Origin: an uncultured bacterium
GTDB taxonomy: Bacteria > Patescibacteriota > Minisyncoccia > Phycocordibacterales > Phycocordibacteraceae
Direction: 5' to 3'
Length of the DNA stretch: 64,000 bases
NCBI GenBank assembly: GCA_947085985.1
Contig: CAMTYL010000003.1
Location: 298,108 to 362,107 of the forward strand
How positions within the stretch are numbered: the first letter of the stretch is position 1; each line of letters begins with the position of its first letter. The notes beneath the pieces are model-generated. The model was not told where the DNA came from. It was given only the letters and a program-made list of their open reading frames with translations, and ran no database searches. Shown here piece after piece: positions 26,562 through 35,654 of the stretch. Position numbers and translations under genes: made by a program.

Positions 26562-27715
26562 GTACCCTCGTTCACAAACCAGACGACATCCTGAAGCGCG
26601 CGCACGCCATTGGCACCTACTACGGCTTTCGTCCCCTTGCAGCACTTGCACACGAGAAGCGTGGCCAGGGCACCAAAAGTCCGTATCCAGAATCGCTTGA
26701 CGTTGACTCGCTTGATGCAGCCGCACGTGAAATGGCAGGCCTCCTAAAGCATGTGCGTGACGCGGGCCTTGACCCTAACGTGCGCGAGCCACTGTTTCTT
26801 TGGCACACTAACGCAGCACCAGGGCGCGCTGCACCAAAGCAGGTAATTGTGCAGTTCCATGTGCTTGGCGTTGAACACGCTATTGCGGACGCGGTACTCA
26901 TTCGCGCAGTACGTGCGCTTATGCAGGACCTTACCAAGTCTGACCCGCTCCTTCGTCTAAACAGTATGGGCGACAAGGAGACGCGTTCTCGTTTTGCGCG
27001 CGAGCTCGGCACCTTCTTCCGCAAGCACGGCGCTACTTTGCCACCCGAGTGCATAGACTGCGCAAAGACTGATGTGTTCACGGCTGCTGAGAAACTCGCC
27101 TGCATGAAGAGTGAGTGCTCACTGCTTCCTTCTCCAACCGACCACCTCTCTGAAGCCAGCCGCAAACACTTTGAGTCAGTGCTTGAGTACCTAGAAACAA
27201 CGGACACCCCGTACCAGCTGGCACCAGAACTTCTCTCTCGCGGAGCATCGTGGAGCGACACGTGTTTTGAACTCTCCAGTGATGGCGGGCATCGCGGTGT
27301 TGAGGTATGGGGCTCGCGCTATGGCGAGTTTACCAAGCACTTCTTCAAGTCAGCCGTGCCGTCAGTGGGCGCCGTCATGCGCTTCACCACTGAAACGCGC
27401 GAAGTAATCCCTGCAATAAAGGAAAAGACGTCTCCTCGCTTTGTGTTTGTGCACATTGGCGACGAAGCCAAGCGCGAAAGTATGAAGATGGCGGACGATT
27501 TGCGCCGAGCTCGTATTCCGCTCACCCAGTCCATTGGTATTGCTTCACTCACCGAACAAATGCGCTACGTGGACATGATGAATCCGCCGTACCTCCTTAT
27601 TATGGGTCGCAAGGAAGCCCTCGAGCGCTCCGTCATTTTGCGCGAACGTTCCAGCTACACCGAGTCAGTGATTCCGCTCGACAGCCTCATTGAGCGATTG
27701 CGCGCTGTTGCATAA
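26558..27715 (+). CDS. class-II aaRS-like protein of the HisRS family with anticodon-binding domain (N-terminally divergent/shortened)
   Basis: 'VIVQFHVLGVE' (HisRS motif-2-like), 'LRLNSMGD', C-terminal 'FVFVHIGDEAKRESMKMADDLR' anticodon-binding fold; ATGA overlap with lepB stop. Confidence 0.5.
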   Translation: MSTLVHKPDDILKRAHAIGTYYGFRPLAALAHEKRGQGTKSPYPESLDVDSLDAAAREMAGLLKHVRDAGLDPNVREPLFLWHTNAAPGRAAPKQVIVQFHVLGVEHAIADAVLIRAVRALMQDLTKSDPLLRLNSMGDKETRSRFARELGTFFRKHGATLPPECIDCAKTDVFTAAEKLACMKSECSLLPSPTDHLSEASRKHFESVLEYLETTDTPYQLAPELLSRGASWSDTCFELSSDGGHRGVEVWGSRYGEFTKHFFKSAVPSVGAVMRFTTETREVIPAIKEKTSPRFVFVHIGDEAKRESMKMADDLRRARIPLTQSIGIASLTEQMRYVDMMNPPYLLIMGRKEALERSVILRERSSYTESVIPLDSLIERLRAVA

Positions 27716-27718
27716 AGA

Positions 27719-27738
27719 CCTCCACGTCGAGGTCTGTC
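27719..27738. terminator. bidirectional hairpin AGACCTCCACGTCGAGGTCT between convergent genes
   Basis: 7-bp perfect stem between stops at 27715 and 27743. Confidence 0.4.
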
Positions 27739-27742
27739 TGCA

Positions 27743-28588
27743 TTAAGAATTCAAATATCTGCGCAGAGCCGCGTCTTTTTGCGACATGGCATGTGACTGA
27801 CTGTCGGCAGCACGACGTGCAGCGTTTGCTGCACGCGACGCGTCCTCGTCTCCTTCGCGGAAATACTTTGCGGCGCGTCCTATCAACTCAGTCAGATCCA
27901 TGAAGCTTCGTGTCATGGCGCGAAGACTTGCTGAATCCTCCTTCATGGTTCCGCGAGCGCTCGATTTCATACTTCCAATCCCGCGCGCCACCTCTGCATA
28001 TAGCTGCGCTACTTCTTGTGGAGATACGTCTCCTTTTGCACGAGAGAATTCATGGAGTTCCGTTGCACACGAGTTTAGGAACGAGTACAAACTTCGGTCC
28101 ACAAACGGGTCGTACCCTTTGTTGCTTCTCCGATTAACTTCGCTCATAAGATCGGCAAGTGCTTCGGCAACTCGACCTGACTCCTTACGAATACCTACCG
28201 CTCGTTCAGATTTCTCAACTGAGCCATCGAATGCAATGAGTGCCTTCTCTACCTGGTCGCGCATTGCATCAAGCTGGGCACTATCGTGCCTGAATGCCGT
28301 CGGAACAACTTCTGACACTTCACCAGAGAGACCGAGGCGCGCTCTAGCTTCGGCGAGCTTGTCTCCATCCGCACTTATCACCTTCTTCATTTCTGCCTTC
28401 CGGTCCTCAATGTCTATGAGTATTCTCCGTAGTGCCTTTTCTTTATCCTCCGACTCTAGTGATTCGTCAGTGAGCGCACGCTGCAAGCTACGCTCGAGCG
28501 ATTCTTGAGTACGGGAGCCTTTTGGTACTTCCTGGGGCTTCTCTTGTTCTGCAACTTCATTCTTCTCAACGGGAGCGCCTTCGGTCAT
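27743..28588 (-). CDS. hypothetical charged/coiled-coil protein
   Basis: 281 aa, E/R/A-rich, heptad-like. Confidence 0.4.
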   Translation of the reverse strand: MTEGAPVEKNEVAEQEKPQEVPKGSRTQESLERSLQRALTDESLESEDKEKALRRILIDIEDRKAEMKKVISADGDKLAEARARLGLSGEVSEVVPTAFRHDSAQLDAMRDQVEKALIAFDGSVEKSERAVGIRKESGRVAEALADLMSEVNRRSNKGYDPFVDRSLYSFLNSCATELHEFSRAKGDVSPQEVAQLYAEVARGIGSMKSSARGTMKEDSASLRAMTRSFMDLTELIGRAAKYFREGDEDASRAANAARRAADSQSHAMSQKDAALRRYLNS

Positions 28589-28653
28589 TGCTCTCAGTAT
28601 AATGCCTACCTACAGTCACAGCAGCGTTTATGCAGGTCAAGAATCATACTACT

Positions 28654-28681
28654 TGACAATTTGTGTACTTCGTGTATAGTG
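28654..28681 (+). promoter_or_regulatory. sigma70-type promoter TTGACA-N16-TATAGT
   Basis: Consensus -35; upstream of GC-rich small gene 28716..29000. Confidence 0.5.
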
Positions 28682-28715
28682 TATGCATATCAATGGCTCT
28701 TTGGGAGATTCAGCC

Positions 28716-29000
28716 ATGTCAGTTAACGACACCAAAACGGTTCCGTTTCGCTGGGTGTGGGTCGTGCTGGCGCTCGCCTGCGCGCTCTACGGCGCTCTGC
28801 TGGGCTACGCCGCGTTCACCCTCGGCCGTATGCCAGAGAGCTTCGAAGAGAGGCTCCTCGTGAGCTCAAGCCTCTTCGGGCTCGCGAGCGCCTTCTTTCC
28901 TCTGGCGTTCGGCTTTCCTCGCCACCGCGACACGTTCCTTGGTCTCGGCACGATTCTGGCCGTGATCGGTCTTTCCGTTCAGCTGACGCAGCACCTATAG
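28716..29000 (+). CDS. GC-rich small membrane protein (94 aa, 3 predicted TM)
   Basis: 'WVWVVLALACALYGALLGYAAF'; terminator GGCGCCGCCCC..GGGGCGGCGC+T-run at 29011-29050. Confidence 0.5.
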   Translation: MSVNDTKTVPFRWVWVVLALACALYGALLGYAAFTLGRMPESFEERLLVSSSLFGLASAFFPLAFGFPRHRDTFLGLGTILAVIGLSVQLTQHL

Positions 29001-29088
29001 CTGCAGCAGCAGGCGCCGCCCCCTCCCCAGGGGCGGCGCTTTCTCTTTTCCTAGACACAAACCCACTATCTGTGCTATTCTCCACCGT

Positions 29089-29349
29089 ATGAATAACGCC
29101 GTTCGCATTGAAGTAGTCCGTGGCAAGAACGAGAGTTCTGCCTCCCTCCTTCGTCGCTTTTCCCGCCGTGGCCAGGGTCTTGGCCTTGTTCGCGCGCTTC
29201 GCAAGATTCGCTATTACTCTCGCAACAAGAGCAAGAACGTGATGCACTCACGCGCTATGGTTCGCGGAGAGGTTATCAAGACCTACAACGAGCAGGTAAA
29301 GCTCGGCAAGATTGATCCGAACGCTCGCAAGGGCCGCGGAAAGAAGTAA
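29089..29349 (+). CDS. rpsU: 30S ribosomal protein S21-like
   Basis: 'LLRRFSRRG...KKSK...R' basic S21-like pattern; strong terminator 29355-29383. Confidence 0.5.
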   Translation: MNNAVRIEVVRGKNESSASLLRRFSRRGQGLGLVRALRKIRYYSRNKSKNVMHSRAMVRGEVIKTYNEQVKLGKIDPNARKGRGKK

Positions 29350-29401
29350 AATAAAAAACCGCCCGAAAGGGCGGTTTTTTGTACGTTATACTTGTATTGA
29401 T

Positions 29402-29779
29402 ATGAGCACGCTTGATATTCGCAACATGACGCGGCAGACAACGGTGAAGTTTCCGTTTGCGGCAGCCCACAAGCATATCTTGCCCACCTGGGAAGTCTCC
29501 CTTGCCTTTGTAGGAACCGAGCGTGCCAAAGCAATGAACAAGCAACTTCGGAATAAGGACTACACCCCAAACGTACTCTCCTACCAAAGCGGCAACAAAA
29601 GTGGCGAGATAGTTATCTGCCCACTCGTTGCCAAGAAGCAAGCAAAAAAATACGACATGACATACACGCAATTCGTTGGATTTCTCTTTATCCACGGATT
29701 GCTTCATTTGAAGGGACAGCAACACGGAGCTACAATGGAGAAACAAGAACGCTTACTCTTGAAGCGCTTTACTAGCTAG
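29402..29779 (+). CDS. ybeY: rRNA maturation endoribonuclease YbeY
   Basis: 'IHGLLHLKGQQHG' HxxxHxxxxxH zinc motif. Confidence 0.8.
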   Translation: MSTLDIRNMTRQTTVKFPFAAAHKHILPTWEVSLAFVGTERAKAMNKQLRNKDYTPNVLSYQSGNKSGEIVICPLVAKKQAKKYDMTYTQFVGFLFIHGLLHLKGQQHGATMEKQERLLLKRFTS

Positions 29780-29796
29780 TACTTTACGCGCTTACA

Positions 29797-30963
29797 ATGG
29801 CCCGACGCATCGCAGCAGGAATTGACATCGGCACCCACCAGACGAAAGTCGTGGTAGTGGAAGAAGTGTCTACTCCTGAAGGTGCGACCCTTAAAATTTT
29901 GGGTACGGGTATTGCTCCTACGCGCGGCATGCGCCACGGCTACGTGGTTGATATAGAAGATGCTGCAGCATCAGTGCGCCAGGCACGCGAACAAGCAGAA
30001 TCAATAGCTCACCTTCCTATTAAGAAAGGGTTCCTTGCCGTTGGCGGTATTTCACTGGACGAGGTGCGTGCCAGTGGCGAGACTGTTATATCGCGCGCTG
30101 ACCAAGAGATTACGGAGCTTGATATTGAGAAGACCCTTGAAGGCGCGCGCGAAGCAGCGCGCCCAGGATTCCTGAACCGCACCGTGCTGCACGAGATTCC
30201 GGTGGAGTTTCGCGTGGACGGGCACCTCTCACTCGGCGCCCCCCTTGGCATGCGCGGCACCCGCCTCTCAGCGGACTATCTCTTTGTCACCTGTCTTACC
30301 CAGCATGTACAGACGCTCATTCGTGTTGCTGAAGCTGCTGACATTGAAGTAATTGACCGCATGGCGTCTCCTCTTGCAGGTTCCTACGTCACGCTTACTA
30401 AAGACCAAAAGATGAAGGGCTGTGTGCTGGCAAACATTGGCGCAGAAACTGTTTCCATAGTGGTGTACGACGAGGGCCTCCCTATTTCCGTAAAAGTGTT
30501 CCCGATTGGTTCTACCAACATCACCGACGACCTCGCACTTGGCTTTAAGGTTTCCCTTGAAGACGCAGAACGATTAAAGCTAGGCCACCTAGGCGGCGCC
30601 ATGTATCCCAAGAAGAAGATTGAAGAGATTGTGACGGCGCGCTATCGCACCATGTTCGATTTAATTGATAAGCACCTGAAGGCACTTGGTAAGCGCGGCA
30701 GTTTGCCCGCCGGTATCATCATTTCTGGCGGTGCATCCGGCCAAGGCACCATTGTAGACATCGCCAAGGGAGCACTTGCTCTACCGTCTCGAGTGGCTGA
30801 TGTGCGCATTACCGAGGACACCAAGATTAAAGACGCGACTTGGGCGGTGGCGTACGGTCTCTCGCTTTGGGGACTCACGGGCGACACGGAGACGCCCCAC
30901 AAGGCTCGCGCTGGCGCATTCATTGAGTCTCTCGCCCGCTTCTTCCGCCAGTTCCTCCCATAA
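29797..30963 (+). CDS. ftsA: cell division protein FtsA
   Basis: Actin-like ATPase 'AGIDIGTHQTKVVVV', SHS2 insert, position upstream of ftsZ. Confidence 0.85.
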   Translation: MARRIAAGIDIGTHQTKVVVVEEVSTPEGATLKILGTGIAPTRGMRHGYVVDIEDAAASVRQAREQAESIAHLPIKKGFLAVGGISLDEVRASGETVISRADQEITELDIEKTLEGAREAARPGFLNRTVLHEIPVEFRVDGHLSLGAPLGMRGTRLSADYLFVTCLTQHVQTLIRVAEAADIEVIDRMASPLAGSYVTLTKDQKMKGCVLANIGAETVSIVVYDEGLPISVKVFPIGSTNITDDLALGFKVSLEDAERLKLGHLGGAMYPKKKIEEIVTARYRTMFDLIDKHLKALGKRGSLPAGIIISGGASGQGTIVDIAKGALALPSRVADVRITEDTKIKDATWAVAYGLSLWGLTGDTETPHKARAGAFIESLARFFRQFLP

Positions 30964-31071
30964 CAGAGCGGAAAGTACAGCACGTTTCCACTCTCTGTCT
31001 AGATTTGCAAGCTGGGCTACCCTGGTATAGTTAATTGAACCTTTTATTTATAGGCCCACATCCCATTTAGT

Positions 31072-32367
31072 ATGTCCAAGCGCATTGAACCAGAAGTCGA
31101 GACATTTGCTCGCATTCGCGTAGTTGGCTGTGGAGGCTCCGGCGGAAACGCAGTGAACCACATGGTTAACTCCAAAGTTAAGGGCGTAGAATTTATTGCG
31201 GTTAATACTGATGCTCAAGATTTGCATCGCTCACTTGCAAAGCGAAAGATTCACATAGGACGGAACCTCACCAAGGGCCTTGGTGCTGGAATGAATCCAG
31301 AGCTTGGAAAGCGTGCTGCAGAAGAGACGCGTCAAGAAATTCAGGAGGCACTTCAGGGTTCTGACATGGTATTCATCACCTGTGGACTCGGTGGTGGAAC
31401 CGGAACAGGTGCTGCCCCTGTGGTTGCAAAGATTGCAAAGGAGGTTGGCGCACTCACGGTTGCCATTGTCACTCGCCCATTCACCTTTGAGGGACTTCAG
31501 CGCAAGGAAATTGCAGAGCGCGGCCTTGCTGAGCTGAAGCGCGAAGTAGACGCGTACATCGTTATTCCAAACGACAAGCTTCTTTCTATCGTAGAGGCAC
31601 AGACAACCGCAAAGACCGCGTTTGCGCTCGCTGACGAGATTCTCCGCCAGGCGGTAGAGGGTGTCTCCGACATCATCACCACGCCTGGAGAAATCAACAC
31701 TGACTTCAACGACATCAAGGCCATCATGGAGGGCGCAGGTCCTGCCCTTATGGGTATTGGGGTGGCTGAGGGCGACCGCAGGGCACAGGACGCAGCTGCG
31801 CAGGCGGTCAACTCTCCACTTCTGGACGTGTCTATCGCAGGCGCTCGCGGCGTACTCTTTGTCGTTGCTGGAAGTGATGATCTCGGTATCCTTGAAGTTC
31901 AAGAGGCTGCCAAGGTGGTATCAGATTCAGTCGACAAGGATGCGAAAGTTATCTTCGGTATCATGCGCGACGAAAAGCTCAAGAAGGGCCAAATCCGCAT
32001 CATCGTTATTGCAACAGGATTCCCAGAGCAGGATGGAGGCGATGTGGCCGTCACAGCCAACGAGCGCTCACTCTTCTCTATGCCAGTTCCACAGAAGGAG
32101 GAAGTGCGTGGCAAGATTTTCAACGACAGCATGCCGCGTCGTGAGGAGCCAACCCCTGCCCCAGAGCCAGAACCAGCGCCTGAGGCCGCTCCAGCGCCAG
32201 CACCTGCCCCAACACCTATTCGCGAGATGCTTCGCCGTGAGGAGCCAATTGTGACGGCTCAGCCGCAGCGCCGCGAGGAGGGAGGAAAGACCATTACTCC
32301 GCCTGTCGTGGATGAGGAGGATGCTTGGGGAGCGATTCCTAATTTCTTGAAGCGTCACAAAAAGTAG
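31072..32367 (+). CDS. ftsZ: cell division GTPase FtsZ with Pro/Ala/Glu-rich C-terminal linker
   Basis: '[13 protein letters not shown]' tubulin signature, T7 loop. Confidence 0.95.
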   Translation: MSKRIEPEVETFARIRVVGCGGSGGNAVNHMVNSKVKGVEFIAVNTDAQDLHRSLAKRKIHIGRNLTKGLGAGMNPELGKRAAEETRQEIQEALQGSDMVFITCGLGGGTGTGAAPVVAKIAKEVGALTVAIVTRPFTFEGLQRKEIAERGLAELKREVDAYIVIPNDKLLSIVEAQTTAKTAFALADEILRQAVEGVSDIITTPGEINTDFNDIKAIMEGAGPALMGIGVAEGDRRAQDAAAQAVNSPLLDVSIAGARGVLFVVAGSDDLGILEVQEAAKVVSDSVDKDAKVIFGIMRDEKLKKGQIRIIVIATGFPEQDGGDVAVTANERSLFSMPVPQKEEVRGKIFNDSMPRREEPTPAPEPEPAPEAAPAPAPAPTPIREMLRREEPIVTAQPQRREEGGKTITPPVVDEEDAWGAIPNFLKRHKK

Positions 32368-32569
32368 TCACTCGCATTGCTAAAAGATTCGCAGCCCGGC
32401 GCTCAGGTGTCGGGTTTTGCGTTGTCGCCTCGTAGCGAAATCTCCCTAGAGCACTTCGTTAGTCGGGAGATTTCTTCTCGGCTCTGCACAAAACTCCTCT
32501 GCCTTCGGTTTAGCGAATCTTTTCCCAACGCTCGCTCCGAGAGAAAGAAAAACCTTGTATGAAAAGCAA

Positions 32570-32599
32570 GAACCCCGCGATGTTTCCAACGCGGGGTTC
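32570..32599 (-). terminator. hairpin AACCCCGCGATGTTTCCAACGCGGGGTT + U-run, terminator of 32649..33218
   Basis: 9-bp perfect stem. Confidence 0.5.
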
Positions 32600-32648
32600 A
32601 AAGGAGCAGAGTATCAGGGATCTAGGTCCGAAACTCAATGTTCCAAGT

Positions 32649-33218
32649 TCAACTTGCGTGCACCAAGGCAGGTGTGTTTTCACCGAATTCACTGCCGTAC
32701 CAACAGCCACGACTGCCCCACTTGCCGTCCTTATAGATGAGGCAGCGAACACACACAAAGTAGTTTGTGTTGCGATACACCGTACCCCAGAAGAAAACAC
32801 GATTACCTTTCCATTCCTCTGGAATGAGGTGTGGATTGGCAAGCAGATAGTCGAGGACGTTGGCGTTGAATGGAACCTTCTTCGCCACATCCTTAATGAG
32901 CTTGTTACCATCGAGCACGCTGCCGTTCTTCTGACCGCTCGCGAGCCAAAGCTTGACCTTCGATGCGTCCCATTGGAATGAGCCGCCCTTTTGGTGTTCT
33001 TCGACTTTCCAGCCGTCGGGAACGAACGGGTCGACGTCGCAGTCGATGACGTGTTCCACCACGGTAATGGAAGAGTGACCGCGGAGGACATTGCGGACAT
33101 CGGCGAGGACGTTGCCCTCGCAAAGTCGCTTGATGTCGTCGTTTGTGTAATTCGCGCGGCGGAATGCCAGCTTCAGTTCGTTGGCTTGGCCAACATCGAG
33201 CATCAAATCATTGCTCAT
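32649..33218 (-). CDS. hypothetical GC-rich protein (189 aa)
   Basis: Protein-like composition, own terminator; antisense ORF 32559..32981 is R/P-rich shadow. Confidence 0.45.
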   Translation of the reverse strand: MSNDLMLDVGQANELKLAFRRANYTNDDIKRLCEGNVLADVRNVLRGHSSITVVEHVIDCDVDPFVPDGWKVEEHQKGGSFQWDASKVKLWLASGQKNGSVLDGNKLIKDVAKKVPFNANVLDYLLANPHLIPEEWKGNRVFFWGTVYRNTNYFVCVRCLIYKDGKWGSRGCWYGSEFGENTPALVHAS

Positions 33219-33289
33219 CGTTGTTCTCCAGTATGCGACGATGTTCGTTAGAACTGTGTCGCGTGCCAGCGGGCTCTCTCGGGTGAGGG

Positions 33290-33341
33290 TTTGCCATAGC
33301 AGAGAATGGCCTACAATTAAGCCGCTTTCTGCTATGGCAAA
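33290..33341. promoter_or_regulatory. 14-bp perfect inverted repeat TTTGCCATAGCAGA-N24-TCTGCTATGGCAAA between divergent promoters
   Basis: Seen directly; candidate operator or bidirectional terminator/insulator. Confidence 0.4.
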
Positions 33342-33472
33342 TGCAAGTTGAATATCAAAGAGCTTTTTTTATTATACTACATAATATTGCTATTTGTCAA
33401 ACAATCAGTAGCACGCCAATACTTTTTAATCCCCCCAACTCCTTGAAGAAGATTTGGTATACTTCAAGCACT

Positions 33473-34399
33473 ATGAACGATTTGATAATTATTGGGGGTG
33501 GGCCAGCAGGAATTGCAGCGGGAGTGTATGCCTCAAGGAAGCGCGTGAAGACGGTGCTCATAACCGAGGAAATTGGTGGCCAGTCCACCGTGTCTGACGG
33601 CATACAGAACTGGATAGGCACGGTGAATATTCCGGGAGCAGAACTCGCCAAGAACCTGCGTGAGCACCTGCTTGCGTACAAGGACGATGTACTCACGCTC
33701 GCTGAGGGTGAGAAGGTGGAGAAACTTGAGAAGATTGAGGGTGGGTTTCGAGCCACCACGACGAGTGGAAAGACTACAGACGCCAAGGCGGTACTCCTTG
33801 CGGCCGGCGCTGGCCGAAAGCAGCTCACCGTACCTGGTGCAAATATCTTTGAACACAAGGGTGTTACCTACTGTGCCAGCTGTGATGGACCAATGTTCTC
33901 GGGCCAGGATGTTGCGGTGGTGGGTGGAGGAAACGCAGGCGTCGAGACTGCTGCGCAGCTTTTAGCATATGCAAAGTCGGTGACCATTATTCACCGCAGG
34001 AGCGAATTTAAGGCGGACGCTATTACCGTGGAGAAAGTCCTCCAACATCCGAACCTGCGCGCCATGACTGACACCGAGCCGGTGGAAGTGCACGGTGAGA
34101 AATTTGTGACGGGCATGACCGTGAAGAACGTGAAGACTGGTGAGACAGAGCTCCTCCCTGTCACCGGTGTGTTCGTAGAAATTGGCGTGCTTCCAAACAC
34201 GAGCTTTGCAAAGGACCTCGTACAGCTCGATGAAGTCGGGCGTGTCGTCACCGACCCAAGGACGCAGCGGACAAGTGTGGAAGGTGTATGGGCAGCTGGA
34301 GATTGTACCGACGAGCTATACCATCAGAACAACATCGCCGCAGGAGACGGCGTTAAGGCGCTCGAGGACATCTACCAGTGGCTCGCCCGAAATAGATAA
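33473..34399 (+). CDS. trxB: thioredoxin-disulfide reductase
   Basis: 'IIIGGGPAGIAAG' FAD motif, redox-active 'CASCDG', second Rossmann 'VVGGGNAG'. Confidence 0.85.
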   Translation: MNDLIIIGGGPAGIAAGVYASRKRVKTVLITEEIGGQSTVSDGIQNWIGTVNIPGAELAKNLREHLLAYKDDVLTLAEGEKVEKLEKIEGGFRATTTSGKTTDAKAVLLAAGAGRKQLTVPGANIFEHKGVTYCASCDGPMFSGQDVAVVGGGNAGVETAAQLLAYAKSVTIIHRRSEFKADAITVEKVLQHPNLRAMTDTEPVEVHGEKFVTGMTVKNVKTGETELLPVTGVFVEIGVLPNTSFAKDLVQLDEVGRVVTDPRTQRTSVEGVWAAGDCTDELYHQNNIAAGDGVKALEDIYQWLARNR

Positions 34400-34453
34400 G
34401 AAGAAACCCCCGGTGTTAGCCGGGGGTCGCCGCATTGCGGACTTGAAGGTGAA

Positions 34454-35200
34454 CTAGATAGTGCGATTGGTCATCTGGTCGGTGATCTTCTTGGTCAGAC
34501 CGTCGCCGAGAATGGCGCGCAGCAGACAGCTGCGGATTCCGCCTTTCCAGGTTTCGTGCGGGTTGCGAACGATGTCGCAGATGTCGCGCAGCAGATCGCC
34601 GTAGCCACGCGCCTTCGCGGCGAATTCCCGACTGGTGCCGAGGACTCGGTGGTACTCTTCGTGCAGGTTGCGATAGTCGGCGGCGGCGGCCTCCAGCATT
34701 TGCTGCTGAGTGACCCGCTCGCCTTCCCGTTTATGCGACAGGACGACCGCGCGAGCCAGTTGCCGGCGATTGATTTTGCCGTTGATGAACCGGAAGAAGG
34801 TCATAACGTCGACGAGGAGATACTCCACGCCGTCGGTCAACCTCACCGGCATCTTCGTGACGAAGATGCGGTTGGGGCGGTATTGGACCATAAACCCGAA
34901 GTCATCTCCCCCGAACCCGCCACTTTGGATGAACGGGTGGACCGGATCGTACTGATGCTCGTACTCCACGAACAGTTTGCCGTCCTTCCAGAAATACGGC
35001 TGGAAGTTGTAGTGGTCGCTGAGGGTGCTGCTCTTGAAGACCAGCAGACCGTTCGTTCCCTTCTTGGGAGCGAAGGCGAACTGCCGGTACGTGAGCCCCG
35101 TCGGCGGAAACATGCCTTCGAGGCACGTCGAACCGACGAATTCGCCAGCACTAATCAGGTCGAGGGTGGCGACACCATTCACAACGTTGACACCAGACAT
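34454..35200 (-). CDS. hypothetical GC-rich protein (248 aa)
   Basis: Own promoter TTGACA-N17-TATTAT (35318-35346), 110-nt leader with three CGAUG-loop hairpins, terminator 34413-34435. Confidence 0.5.
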   Translation of the reverse strand: MSGVNVVNGVATLDLISAGEFVGSTCLEGMFPPTGLTYRQFAFAPKKGTNGLLVFKSSTLSDHYNFQPYFWKDGKLFVEYEHQYDPVHPFIQSGGFGGDDFGFMVQYRPNRIFVTKMPVRLTDGVEYLLVDVMTFFRFINGKINRRQLARAVVLSHKREGERVTQQQMLEAAAADYRNLHEEYHRVLGTSREFAAKARGYGDLLRDICDIVRNPHETWKGGIRSCLLRAILGDGLTKKITDQMTNRTI

Positions 35201-35317
35201 TTTCTGTAGACCTTTTCTCTAGCATCGCTAGGATAGCGGGAGCGGCCACATCGTGGCATCCCTTGGCCAGTTTGAATCCTCTCTAGCCCGATGAGGGGAA
35301 ACATCGTTTCCACATAT

Positions 35318-35346
35318 ATAATACTATATTGTATATAAATTGTCAA
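35318..35346 (-). promoter_or_regulatory. sigma70-type promoter TTGACA-N17-TATTAT
   Basis: Consensus elements read on minus strand. Confidence 0.55.
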
Positions 35347-35654
35347 TACCATGAAGGGTTGCTGGGATACAGAGAAACCGCGCTCCAAGGGAGCGCGGTT
35401 TTTCTATACTGAACGGGTGGTGCTTACGCAGCCGCCTCGTCGCCAGTCTCCACAGTAGGAGCCTCGTCAGCCGGAGCCTCAGGTGCTGCTTCTACGTTCT
35501 CTCCCTCTGCAGGGATGATTGTTTCATCGTCCATCATAGTGTGTTGGAGAATGGCTTTGCGTCTGCCAGAAGCAGAAAGACAAAGCCATCCAATGCTTAG
35601 TTGGCTGGCAAATCGACCTTGTTTCCATTATACCAGACTAGGGCCTGCAAGCTA

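Noticed and set aside
26620-27261. 213-aa minus-strand ORF inside the HisRS-like gene; similar shadow ORFs occur at 898-1413, 1458-1991, 42757-43428, 31231-31902, 34556-35209 and 32559-32981
   Set aside because: All lie antisense or out of frame within confidently assigned genes (gyrA, ftsZ, GC-rich cassettes) and have Ser/Arg-rich low-complexity translations; treated as non-coding shadows.
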